From Thiolinea sp. (GTDB taxonomy: Bacteria; Pseudomonadota; Gammaproteobacteria; Thiotrichales; Thiotrichaceae), in NCBI GenBank assembly GCA_049290875.1, contig JBATOI010000013.1:47159-111158 (forward strand): a stretch of DNA of 64,000 nt, in the 5' to 3' direction. Each line of letters starts with the position of its first letter. The first letter of the stretch is position 1. The position numbers and the translations under genes are program-made. Below are positions 11,052 to 19,990 of this stretch, piece after piece. The notes below the pieces were generated by a model. That model worked only from the letters and a program-made list of their open reading frames with translations, did not search any database and had not been told where the DNA came from.

Positions 11052-12455
11052 TTAGAGTGAGTTAAGAAAACGTAAGAGGGCAGCACGCTCTTCTTTACTC
11101 ATATTCAATACATTTTCACGCGAGCGTTCGGCTTCGCCACCATGCCAAAGAATCGCTTCCATTAAATTGCGGGCGCGCCCATCGTGTAGAAAGCGGGTAT
11201 GACCATTGACGGTTTCTATCAAACCAATCCCCCATAAAGGAGCTGTGCGCCATTCGCTGCCGGTCGCCAAAAAGTCAGGACGTTGATCCGCTAAGCCATC
11301 GCCCATATCATGTAATAACAAATCGGTGAAGGGTTGAATCTTCTGATTTTCTAATTCAGGGAAATCAGGCTTCACACCCGTTTTTAGCTCGGGGATATGG
11401 CAAGCACTGCAATTAGCTTGTTTAAATAAACGCTCACCTTTTAACACTTCAGGATCATTCATCTCACGGCGAGCAGGAACAGCCAGCAATGACGCATAAA
11501 AAGTCACCATATCCATCAATTCTTGATTAATTTCAGGCTGACCACCATCCGGGGCTTTTAAGCAATCGGCTTGCGTAGGGGTACATGGTGTACTAGAAAA
11601 CAACGGTGAACTAATACCAATATCGCCATGAAAGGCGCCCGCACTTTGTTGCGCTACAGTGGGTTGATTAGATTTCCAGCCAAAGCGCCCAAGCACGGTT
11701 TTCTGTGCTTTAACATCCCAGACTTGATTGCTGCGCCCTGAAATACCATCAGCATTCTTATCATCAGGATCAGCTAGTGCTAGCAAATCAGCTTCTGGAA
11801 TCGCCTCTAATAAACCCATGCCGATCATGACGGGCGCGACCCGCGCAGACAGTTGAGCTTGGGGATGTAAAGCACCATAATTGAGCTTTTCTAGTTTGAG
11901 CTTAGGTTTGAGCAGAGCATAAGTTTCGCCGTCTTTAAATTGCCCAGCCACCTCTTCATAGTCAAAGCTTGGAGTCGCTTCACCTTTTAAGCCAGTAATG
12001 CTATTCGGCTGAATCTGATCACCATAATTAGGTTCGGGAACTACACCGATTGTAATAAGCAGCGCTTTTTGCTCGGCGGTTTCTGCAGGAATACTCACCC
12101 GCACTAAAGTAGATAGAAAACTATCTTCCCGTGTAAGCGGCGGGTGGCCTTTACCATCTTTCACATGGCAACCTTGGCAGCTATTGCTATTAAATAAAGG
12201 GCCTAAACCATCCCGCGCGGAAGTAGAGGAGGGTGCAATCACCCAAGGTTGTCTAAAAAATGCATTGCCAATGAAAAAATTATCACGCCGCAGAATACTT
12301 AAATTATTCGCGGGCAAGGAGAAGGCATTGCTACTCTTATCCAATACTGTGGTTGCTCCGCCTGATAAATGTCTATCAGCAGGGCTTGGCTCGTTACTGT
12401 TGGCCACTGGGCTAAGGATTAGCCCGCCCAGTAGCAAAGTTTTGGCTAGTTTCAT
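11052..12455 (-). CDS. di-haem cytochrome c / thiol oxidoreductase-like protein (DUF1111)
   Basis: Two CxxCH haem motifs (CQGCH, CSACH), a signal peptide and the DUF1111 length and context. Confidence 0.85.
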   Translation of the reverse strand: MKLAKTLLLGGLILSPVANSNEPSPADRHLSGGATTVLDKSSNAFSLPANNLSILRRDNFFIGNAFFRQPWVIAPSSTSARDGLGPLFNSNSCQGCHVKDGKGHPPLTREDSFLSTLVRVSIPAETAEQKALLITIGVVPEPNYGDQIQPNSITGLKGEATPSFDYEEVAGQFKDGETYALLKPKLKLEKLNYGALHPQAQLSARVAPVMIGMGLLEAIPEADLLALADPDDKNADGISGRSNQVWDVKAQKTVLGRFGWKSNQPTVAQQSAGAFHGDIGISSPLFSSTPCTPTQADCLKAPDGGQPEINQELMDMVTFYASLLAVPARREMNDPEVLKGERLFKQANCSACHIPELKTGVKPDFPELENQKIQPFTDLLLHDMGDGLADQRPDFLATGSEWRTAPLWGIGLIETVNGHTRFLHDGRARNLMEAILWHGGEAERSRENVLNMSKEERAALLRFLNSL

Positions 12456-12485
12456 GTAGTGTTTTGAGTGGTTAATGGATAGTTA

Positions 12486-13724
12486 TTATTGCAAAGAGTC
12501 ACTCGTTTCTGGGCTTAAGTTGCTCACGCCTAAAGCTTTAGCAGCAGCTTCAATGCTAGCGGTTTGTGTCCTTAAGGCAGCAATAGTGGCTTTGACACGG
12601 TCATTGCCTGCGCTATTTTCGGCAGCAATTTGCTGGTCAAAAGGTTCACCATTAGAAGCAGCTTTCACGATGTCTTCAGCCGTCGCTTTGGTCGCATTCA
12701 GGTTTTGCTCCAACTCAGCACTCAGCGCTTTATCTTTAGAGGCTAATAGTTCGGCAAGGCTGGCACCTTTAAGCGTAGTGCCATCAGTACGTTGATATGA
12801 GCCATTGAATACGTTGTTGATCCCCTGCACATTACTCAAAATGTCATTGTGAGTGTTATCGCTAAAGCAAGAATGCTCATCTTCTTGAGAGTGCGCCAGC
12901 AGAGCTACATTCATCCGTTCGCCCGCTAACTCACCTAAGCTCAGGCTGCCCATGCCAAACAGAATGCGACGTAAGGCTTCAGTTTCCTCGAAAGCCAAGA
13001 AACTTTTACGATAATTGACTTGATCGGGTGCCCAATCTTGTTCCATTTTACTTAAATCAGCGATCAATAAATCAGTAGCAGTCTTTAAGTATTGAGCGCG
13101 CCGTTCACAGTTTTTGTGGGTGCATTCAGTGCCTTGCACAAAATCGGTATAGTTACGTGTACCCGCTGCTTTCGGATCTTGATTAAAATCTTGGCCCCAC
13201 AATAGAAATTCAACGGCATGATAACCCGTGGCTACATTCGCTTCGGAGCCGCCTTTTTCTTGATAGGATGTCAGTAGCTCGGCTGTGATTGGCTCAGTAC
13301 CTGCAATGATATTCGCAGTAGCAAATTGATTGCCTTCTTCGTGCTCATAAGCATCGGATTTAACGTAGTCAATTAAGCCTTCATCTAAAGGCCAAGCATT
13401 GACGCTACCTTCCCATTCATCAATATTAGGATTGCCGAAGCGGAAAACTTCAGTCTGGCTATAAGGTACACGCGCTGCTAGCCAAGCTTGTTTGGCTGCT
13501 GTATGCGTAGCTTCAGTGGGTTTTGTAATGAACGCATCGACTTTTGTTTGGAGGTTTTTAGCGGCGACTAGGGTATCGCTAAATTCAGCATGCACCAAGT
13601 TCGCGTAATTTTCTATCACTGCTTTAGGCGTTACGTCATCCGCATAGAGGATAGGGGCGCTAAATACGCAAGTTATCGTACTGAGTAGCAGGGTAGGTAA
13701 AACTTTCAACATTAAATACTCCAA
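12486..13724 (-). CDS. imelysin-family (IrpA-like) periplasmic protein
   Basis: Signal peptide. TGYHAVEFLLWGQD matches the imelysin HxxE motif. Confidence 0.85.
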   Translation of the reverse strand: MEYLMLKVLPTLLLSTITCVFSAPILYADDVTPKAVIENYANLVHAEFSDTLVAAKNLQTKVDAFITKPTEATHTAAKQAWLAARVPYSQTEVFRFGNPNIDEWEGSVNAWPLDEGLIDYVKSDAYEHEEGNQFATANIIAGTEPITAELLTSYQEKGGSEANVATGYHAVEFLLWGQDFNQDPKAAGTRNYTDFVQGTECTHKNCERRAQYLKTATDLLIADLSKMEQDWAPDQVNYRKSFLAFEETEALRRILFGMGSLSLGELAGERMNVALLAHSQEDEHSCFSDNTHNDILSNVQGINNVFNGSYQRTDGTTLKGASLAELLASKDKALSAELEQNLNATKATAEDIVKAASNGEPFDQQIAAENSAGNDRVKATIAALRTQTASIEAAAKALGVSNLSPETSDSLQ

Positions 13725-13770
13725 AGTTTAAGCGCGCCGCTCAACTCATCTGATTCGACAGTGGGTTTAT

Positions 13771-13971
13771 TCAAACAGTTTCATGATCGCTAGCTGCCTG
13801 CGAGCTTGGATTCGACTGATCAAGCGGTGTTTCAGCAGCGGTTAAAATCAGCTTGCCACGGCGGGTGATAGTCAAGACATAGGGGCGAGAGCCGTGTTGC
13901 AGGATGACTTTTTTGCAACCTTGCATCCATTCTTCTACATTGATTCGACGTAAATCTAAGCATTGCATCAT
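13771..13971 (-). CDS. hemP: HemP/HmuP-like hemin-uptake small protein
   Basis: KKVILQHGSRPYVLTITRRGKLILT matches the HemP core (IxHxGxxYxLRxTxxGKLILT). The start is uncertain: the track ORF start at 14010 overlaps bfd, so the internal Met at 13971 was chosen. Confidence 0.6.
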   Translation of the reverse strand: MMQCLDLRRINVEEWMQGCKKVILQHGSRPYVLTITRRGKLILTAAETPLDQSNPSSQAASDHETV

Positions 13972-13987
13972 AAGTAAAAGCTCAAAA

Positions 13988-14200
13988 TTAAGCGCAAATA
14001 GCGGTTGCATAATAATTCAAATAAGTGTCTTCGCGCTGCTCAGCACATTGACGAATCAATTCTTGAGCGAACGGTTTACAGCGCCCACAGCAAATTCCGA
14101 CACACAATTCCTTTTGTATCGCTTCTAAGCTGTCATGACCTTTTTTTACAGATTGTTTGATAGCTTCGTCAGTGACTGCATTACAAACGCATACATACAT
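13988..14200 (-). CDS. bfd: bacterioferritin-associated ferredoxin
   Basis: MYVCVCNAVTD...CVGICCGRCK is the Bfd-type [2Fe-2S] Cys pattern. AGGTG lies upstream of the ATG. Confidence 0.9.
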   Translation of the reverse strand: MYVCVCNAVTDEAIKQSVKKGHDSLEAIQKELCVGICCGRCKPFAQELIRQCAEQREDTYLNYYATAICA

Positions 14201-14213
14201 AGAATCACACCTA

Positions 14214-14232
14214 AATAAGAATCATTCTTGAT
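14214..14232. promoter_or_regulatory. candidate Fur-like palindrome
   Basis: AAGAAT-C-ATTCTT perfect palindrome (14217-14229), resembling GATAAT-N-ATTATC, just upstream of the bfd RBS. Confidence 0.35.
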
Positions 14233-14262
14233 GTTGTGAATCATAAGTAAGTCTTGTGTTGG

Positions 14263-14289
14263 ATGCAAGTAATTCTCATTTACTTGCAT
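14263..14289. promoter_or_regulatory. 10-bp perfect inverted repeat containing a Fur-like motif
   Basis: ATGCAAGTAA-TTCTCAT-TTACTTGCAT. It contains GCAAGTAATTCTCATT, 14/16 identical to the element upstream of fbpA. Confidence 0.45.
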
Positions 14290-14316
14290 TCCCGCTAAAT
14301 CTATACTAGATTAAAT

Positions 14317-14335
14317 GAAAATGATTATCATTTAT
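14317..14335. promoter_or_regulatory. Fur box
   Basis: GAAAATGATTATCATTTAT is a close match to the 19-bp Fur consensus GATAATGATAATCATTATC. Lies in the divergent bfd / 14383 intergenic region. Confidence 0.7.
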
Positions 14336-14382
14336 GATGATCTCTTAGTGAGTGCTTAGCACTTGATGCAACTGGAGTAGAT

Positions 14383-14715
14383 ATGAGTTTCTTGATCAAT
14401 GCGTGGTTAGATAGAGCAAACCCCTTCATTGAGCTACGCAATACGCAAACCGGTGAAGTCATAGCGCAATTTGCTGGAGAAAAGCTGACTCGTTGTTTAG
14501 AGCAAGGTGATGTCTGTTTGCATGATCTATGTAAAGCAGATACCTCCACGCAGCAAGAGTTAGTGCGTTGTTTGTTGTTGGCGCATTGTGCTAATTGTCT
14601 ACAAGGGCAGTTAGACAATAGTTTTAATGATTGCGCTTATTTACGTGAGCGGAGCAGGCGTTCTCGGGGAAGTAATATTGTGCCGTTTGTGGCCCGGAAA
14701 GTAGCAAGGTATTAA
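14383..14715 (+). CDS. hypothetical protein, probably Fur-regulated
   Basis: 110-aa ORF starting 48 nt after the strong Fur box and followed by a terminator at 14805. No family recognised. Confidence 0.5.
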   Translation: MSFLINAWLDRANPFIELRNTQTGEVIAQFAGEKLTRCLEQGDVCLHDLCKADTSTQQELVRCLLLAHCANCLQGQLDNSFNDCAYLRERSRRSRGSNIVPFVARKVARY

Positions 14716-14804
14716 TCCATAAAAGCTGACAGCCACTCATAGTCATTAATAATCTTTAAAGAGAGTGGTATTAAGTGCAAGGTCTGGCAGTCTTGTCACA
14801 ATCT

Positions 14805-14831
14805 AGGGGGCATTGTCGCCCCTTTATTTTT
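14805..14831 (+). terminator. rho-independent terminator
   Basis: GGGGC (14807-14811) / GCCCC (14818-14822) stem with flanking pairs, then TTTATTTTT. Confidence 0.6.
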
Positions 14832-14925
14832 AGCATTCCTAGCTTTTCTGAGTATAAGGATTGCATGCAAGTCAGCATCGTCTTTATGATGAAAACTCCT
14901 GAGTTAGGCTAGTGAAGGAGCAGCT

Positions 14926-15396
14926 ATGCAAGGAAATCCAGAAATCAATCGTGCTTTGAATAAAGTGCTACGCGGGCAATTGGTTGCCATCAATCAGTAC
15001 TTTTTACATGCGCGCATGAGTGCCAATTGGGGCTTGTCGACGTTTAATGAGCAAGAGTACAAGCGCTCGATTAAAGCGATGAAACAAGCGGACGAATTAA
15101 TCAAACGTATTCTCTTTTTGGAAGGTCTGCCTAATTTACAAGATTTGGGCAAGCTATACTTGGGCGAGAATATCCCTGAAATATTAGTGAATGATCGGCA
15201 GCTAGGCAGCGAAATAATTACCGAATTACGTGCGGCTATTCTTGCCTGTGAGCAAGCGCAGGACTATGTATCCCGTGAACTGCTGCAAGAAATCCTTGAA
15301 GAGGAGGAAGAACAGATTGATTGGTTAGAGTCGCAGCAGTGGCTGTTAACCAATACCGGTGAGCAAAATTACTTACAGTCGCTCATGTCAAGCTAA
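14926..15396 (+). CDS. bfr: bacterioferritin subunit, haem-ligand type (ferroxidase ligands lost)
   Basis: Bfr four-helix-bundle sequence. Met52 is present (ATG 15079-15081), but positions 18/51/54/94/130 read Q/A/Q/G/Q. Confidence 0.9.
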   Translation: MQGNPEINRALNKVLRGQLVAINQYFLHARMSANWGLSTFNEQEYKRSIKAMKQADELIKRILFLEGLPNLQDLGKLYLGENIPEILVNDRQLGSEIITELRAAILACEQAQDYVSRELLQEILEEEEEQIDWLESQQWLLTNTGEQNYLQSLMSS

Positions 15397-15406
15397 GGAG
15401 AGTAAG

Positions 15407-15874
15407 ATGCAAGGAAATCAGCAAGTGATTGATGTATTGAAGCAGTTGCTAGCCGGTGAGCTGGCAGCACGTGACCAATACTTTGCGCATTCACGGTTAT
15501 GTGCGGATTGGGGCTTAGAGAAATTAGCTGAGCATTATGAGCATGAGCGCCAAGAAGAAGCTGGGCATGCAGATGCCATTTTAAAGCGCTTATTGTTTCT
15601 CGAAACTATCCCAGACTTGAATCAGCAGGATCAGATTAAGATAGGTACTGATGTCGTAGGCATGCTGAAAAATGACCTGCAGTTAGAATATCAGGTACAA
15701 GCTGCACTGAAAGCAGCGATTCAGATCTGTGAAACTCAGCAAGATTATGTCACTCGCGAGATGCTGCGTGTACAGTTGACTGATACAGAGGAAGATCATG
15801 CCTATTGGTTAGAAAAGCAATTAGGTTTGATTGACAAAATTGGCCTGCAAAACTATCTGCAAAGTCAAATGTAA
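15407..15874 (+). CDS. bfr: bacterioferritin subunit, ferroxidase type (no Met52)
   Basis: AAGGAG RBS then ATG at 15407. E18, E51, H54, E94 and an E/H pair near 128/131 are present. Position 52 is Ala. Confidence 0.9.
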   Translation: MQGNQQVIDVLKQLLAGELAARDQYFAHSRLCADWGLEKLAEHYEHERQEEAGHADAILKRLLFLETIPDLNQQDQIKIGTDVVGMLKNDLQLEYQVQAALKAAIQICETQQDYVTREMLRVQLTDTEEDHAYWLEKQLGLIDKIGLQNYLQSQM

Positions 15875-16028
15875 GTAGTTTTAAGTTCTGCTAGGCAAGC
15901 GTTTAAGCGCATTACCCACGCAGAATATTTTCGTTAACTATCTTCTCCAGAACTGTCTGCTCTGATGGCTGCCCAGATTCTCCAATACTAGCTATACTGC
16001 TAAGCCTTGCTAATTGAAGGATCAGATC

Positions 16029-16697
16029 ATGGATTATTTGCCCGCAGTTATTGTTGAACCTGCTCAGCCTGCTAAAGCTAGTGTGATTTGGCTACATGGC
16101 TTAGGCGCAGATGGGTATGATTTTGAGCCGATTGTGCCTGAGCTAAAACTACCCCCAGAAGCTGCTATTCGGTTTATTTTCCCACATGCTCCTGCTATAC
16201 CCGTAACGATTAATAGCGGTTATGTGATGCCTGCTTGGTATGACATTTTAGCGATGGATATTGACCGCAAAGTTGATGTAAAGCAGTTAGAAGCTTCAGC
16301 GCAAGCAGTGGCTAAACTGATTGATCGTGAGCTAGAAAAAGGTATCCCGAGCGAGCGCATTGTGTTGGCGGGCTTTTCTCAAGGCGGTGCAGTGGCTTAT
16401 CAAACCGCCTTAACGTATCCAAAGCCACTCGCTGGCTTGTTGGCGATGTCTACCTATCTTGCGACTGCAGACAGCATTCAAGTAAATAGCGCAAATAAAA
16501 GTTTGCCGATTGAGATTTTTCACGGTTTACAAGATCCGGTGGTACCAGAAAGTTTGGGCAAAAAAGCCCAACAGCGTTTGCAAGCGCTGGGTTATGCGCC
16601 GGGCTATTTTACCTATGCGATGGAGCATAATGTGAGTGCAGCCGAGGTGAAGGATTTAGCTGATTTTATTAAAAAATGGCTATTGAAGGTTGATTGA
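16029..16697 (+). CDS. alpha/beta-hydrolase carboxylesterase/phospholipase
   Basis: GFSQGG nucleophile elbow and IWLHGLGADG N-terminal motif typical of carboxylesterase 2 / YpfH-type esterases. ATG at 16029 is preferred to the TTG at 16014. Confidence 0.8.
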   Translation: MDYLPAVIVEPAQPAKASVIWLHGLGADGYDFEPIVPELKLPPEAAIRFIFPHAPAIPVTINSGYVMPAWYDILAMDIDRKVDVKQLEASAQAVAKLIDRELEKGIPSERIVLAGFSQGGAVAYQTALTYPKPLAGLLAMSTYLATADSIQVNSANKSLPIEIFHGLQDPVVPESLGKKAQQRLQALGYAPGYFTYAMEHNVSAAEVKDLADFIKKWLLKVD

Positions 16698-16702
16698 GCG
16701 TT

Positions 16703-17104
16703 ATGAGCCTGAATATTTGTCCCTGCGGAACTGAGTTAACTTATAGCCAGTGTTGTCGGCCTTTACATGAAGGCAAAGCAGCTACAACAGCTGAGGCTTT
16801 AATGCGTTCACGTTATAGTGCTTATGTGCTGGGTGATGCCGCTTATATTCATCGTAGCTGGCATAGCAGTACACAGCCTAGTAAGAAAAGCTTAACTCAG
16901 CCCATTCATATTCAGTGGGAGCGGCTAGAAATAGTAAAAACTGAAGCAGGCCAAGCTGAAGACCAGGATGGCATGGTCGAGTTTATTGCTTATTTTTCTG
17001 AGCATGGACAAACCCAGCAATTGCATGAGCTGAGCCGTTTTATCCGCGAAAAAAATCGCTGGGTGTATGTGGAGGCTTTGCCTACTACACCCGATTCCGA
17101 ATAA
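16703..17104 (+). CDS. ychJ: YchJ-family (SEC-C motif) protein
   Basis: CPCGTELTYSQCC SEC-C metal-binding motif at the N-terminus. UPF0225 length. Confidence 0.85.
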   Translation: MSLNICPCGTELTYSQCCRPLHEGKAATTAEALMRSRYSAYVLGDAAYIHRSWHSSTQPSKKSLTQPIHIQWERLEIVKTEAGQAEDQDGMVEFIAYFSEHGQTQQLHELSRFIREKNRWVYVEALPTTPDSE

Positions 17105-17121
17105 CTTATACAGAAACGCGC

Positions 17122-17706
17122 TTAAAGCACTTCAAGTAATTTGGCTTTTAGGTTTTCAGAGTCTTTCTTACCTTGCTTAGTACCCATAATGGCGCTCAGC
17201 CAATCATCATAAATAACACGTAGGGCTTCATGATCTTCACAGCGCTCGATGCGATTGATGAGCGCGCTCGAACCAAAAGTACCTACGAAAGCATTCAAGG
17301 TATTAGCCATGAAATTTTTTGCCATTTTTAACTGAGCGGCATCAACTCGTGGTGGCAGTGGGCGGAAATTGCCATTGCGTGCTGGTGGGATAAAAGCAGG
17401 TACTGCATTGTTACCAGCCCTGCTTACTAACAATGGATTACTATTGTGGGTAGTCGTTTTGGAGGGTTCAGTAGCTGTGGAGGGTTCAGAGGAAACACGC
17501 TGAATATAGCCGTTTTGCTCCAAACTATTAATGATTTGCTCAACATCATCAACCTTGGGAAGCGCTCGGACTTCATGCAAAGTACGTTTGCCATCTAAAA
17601 AGATTAGCACACGGCGCATAAGTAAGCTTAAGCCTCCAGACTTCGAATCAATTTCATCGCGCCCCTTGGGGGTTTTGATAAAGACAGCATTCATTGTTAT
17701 TGTCAT
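17122..17706 (-). CDS. hypothetical protein
   Basis: ORF with a GAGGAGA RBS before the ATG at 17706 (internal to the track ORF). Two helical domains joined by a Pro/Ser/Thr-rich linker. No family recognised. Confidence 0.5.
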   Translation of the reverse strand: MTITMNAVFIKTPKGRDEIDSKSGGLSLLMRRVLIFLDGKRTLHEVRALPKVDDVEQIINSLEQNGYIQRVSSEPSTATEPSKTTTHNSNPLLVSRAGNNAVPAFIPPARNGNFRPLPPRVDAAQLKMAKNFMANTLNAFVGTFGSSALINRIERCEDHEALRVIYDDWLSAIMGTKQGKKDSENLKAKLLEVL

Positions 17707-18284
17707 GACGATCTCCTCGACTTGGATATAGTGGGAAGCCATAAAGTGGGGTAACTCTACGCACTAATTTGATCCAGCTGTTTAGACACATTTGTTATTG
17801 TTTTGATCAAATAGTATCAGTTTAGTCATAAGATTATCAGTGTTTTATCGGAAAAATAATAGTAAAACAGCTGAATGGTATTGCTTGAATAATCCGCAAC
17901 ATAGGGCTAGTTTTGCTTATAAAATAATCTTTTTTGCCTGGTTCTGCAGGCCTGTACCCAGCTGACTTGGCCTAAAATTTGCTGGATTTTAGGTCTACTT
18001 ATCCTTGTCAGTAATTTTTGCTGCAGTGCAATGCTCGAAAATAAGGAATTTTGTAAGTGCTTGTAATCTTTTAATGTGTTGCTGTTCTTAAGCTACTTAA
18101 CATTTTTGGCTTGAAAGACACATAAAATTCTACTGGTAAGAACTATTTTTATTTTAGGTTTTCTTATTAAATTCAGTAAAATATTCTGGTTTGCCAGTAA
18201 ATAACAGAAAAAAAATTGGCAAAATTTCTCATAATATGCTCAGTATTATTAAAGCTTATAAGGCTACCTAAGGAGCGAGAAAAT

Positions 18285-19568
18285 ATGCATGCGATTGTGA
18301 TCGGCAGCGGAGTAATTGGTACTACAACTGCCTATTATTTAAACCGTCTAGGTTACCAAGTGACGGTGCTCGATCGGCAACCACGTTCTGGTTTAGAAAC
18401 TAGTTTTGCGAATGCTGGGCAAATTTCACCCGGCTACTCGGCACCTTGGGCTGGGCCTGGTATTCCTATGAAAGCGATTAAATGGATGCTCAGTGAGCAT
18501 TCGCCACTAGTGATTCGCCCCAGCAAAATGGATGCGACCATGTTTCGTTTTATTGTCATGATGATGCGTAATTGTACCGCTGCACGTTATCATATCAATA
18601 AGGCGCGTATGCTTAAAGTGGCTGAATACAGTCGTCAGGCGCTTGATGAATTACGCAAGGAAACGGGTATTAGTTATGACGAACGTACGCGTGGGACTTT
18701 GCAAGTATTTCGCACGGATGCTCAAGTGCAGGGCGCGAAAAAAGACACTGATATTTTAGAGGAATGTAATATCCCCTATGAGTCCTTAAGTGTTGATGGT
18801 TGTATCGCTGCCGAACCGGCTTTGAAACATGTGCGTGAAAAGATTCGTGGTGGCTTACGTTTGCCTTTGGATGAAACTGGCGATTGCTTAATGTTCACCC
18901 AAAATCTAGCGGTTACTTGCATCACTAAGGGTGTCGTTTTCCGTTACGGGGTGAATATCGAAGCGCTATTGATGAACAATGGCAAGATCAGTGGCGTTAA
19001 AACCGACCAAGGTGTTTTGACAGCTGATCAATATGTGATGGCTTTAGGCAGTTACTCGCCGCAATTGCTCAAGCCTGTTGGTATTGATATTCCGGTTTAC
19101 CCCGTTAAGGGTTATTCGATTACTGTGCCGATTGTGAATCCTGAGGATGCACCCGTTTCAACAGTGATGGACGAAACTTATAAAGTGGCGATTACGCGTT
19201 TAGGTGATCGGGTGCGGGTGGCTGGCACGGCAGAATTAACCGGGCATGATTTAAGTCTGCGTGAAGAGCGTCGCCAAACAGTACGCTTTGTCGTTTCAGA
19301 TATGTTCCCGAAAGCCGCGAATATGACCGAAGATAATTTTTGGACGGGCTTGCGTCCAATGACTCCAGACGGTACTCCAGTGATTGGTGCGACACCGCAC
19401 TCTAATTTATTTATCAATACTGGGCATGGGACTTTAGGCTGGACTATGGCTTGTGGTTCAGGACGTTTATTAGCTGATATTATGGCCGGGCAAAAATCAG
19501 ACATTGATCTGGAAGGCTTAGATATGCGCCGCTATAGCTTTGCGAATAAAGTGAAAGCCTCAACTTAA
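18285..19568 (+). CDS. dadA: D-amino-acid dehydrogenase
   Basis: AAGGAG RBS then ATG at 18285. N-terminal FAD fold [16 protein letters not shown]. Full-length DadA similarity. Confidence 0.93.
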   Translation: MHAIVIGSGVIGTTTAYYLNRLGYQVTVLDRQPRSGLETSFANAGQISPGYSAPWAGPGIPMKAIKWMLSEHSPLVIRPSKMDATMFRFIVMMMRNCTAARYHINKARMLKVAEYSRQALDELRKETGISYDERTRGTLQVFRTDAQVQGAKKDTDILEECNIPYESLSVDGCIAAEPALKHVREKIRGGLRLPLDETGDCLMFTQNLAVTCITKGVVFRYGVNIEALLMNNGKISGVKTDQGVLTADQYVMALGSYSPQLLKPVGIDIPVYPVKGYSITVPIVNPEDAPVSTVMDETYKVAITRLGDRVRVAGTAELTGHDLSLREERRQTVRFVVSDMFPKAANMTEDNFWTGLRPMTPDGTPVIGATPHSNLFINTGHGTLGWTMACGSGRLLADIMAGQKSDIDLEGLDMRRYSFANKVKAST

Positions 19569-19600
19569 GTATCGATTATTCAATTAACAAGGATTTTACC

Positions 19601-19990
19601 ATGACTGATAAAGTTATTATTGCTACCACATCTGCACCTGCTGCGATTGGCCCTTACTCACAAGCGGTGCGTGCAGGTAACACAGTGTATTGCTCTGGGC
19701 AGATTCCCTTAAACCCGAATAGCATGAAAGTAGAAGCTGAAGATTTTGCAGGTCAAGCCGAACAAGTTTTTAAAAATCTACAAGCTGTAGCAGTGGCTGC
19801 AGGTGGCTCTTGCAAGGATTTTGTGAAGTTAAATATTTATTTAACTGATCTTAGTAATTTTGCAGCGGTCAATGAGGTTATGAAAAACTATTTTTCTGAA
19901 CCCTTTCCTGCCCGTGCAGCAGTGGGTGTGGCTTCTTTACCGCTAGGTGTGATGGTGGAGGTTGAAGGTGTCTTGGTGTTGGGTTCCTAA
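19601..19990 (+). CDS. ridA: RidA-family reactive enamine/imine deaminase
   Basis: 129 aa. YjgF/RidA motifs ([23 protein letters not shown]). Confidence 0.9.
   Translation: MTDKVIIATTSAPAAIGPYSQAVRAGNTVYCSGQIPLNPNSMKVEAEDFAGQAEQVFKNLQAVAVAAGGSCKDFVKLNIYLTDLSNFAAVNEVMKNYFSEPFPARAAVGVASLPLGVMVEVEGVLVLGS

Noticed and set aside
17743-18284. 540-nt AT-rich gap upstream of dadA as the site of a hidden small gene or sRNA
   Set aside because: It holds only very short ORFs without an RBS and one weak 8-bp AU-rich hairpin (CCTAAAAT/ATTTTAGG near 17970-17993). It is most likely an extended promoter/Lrp-binding region.
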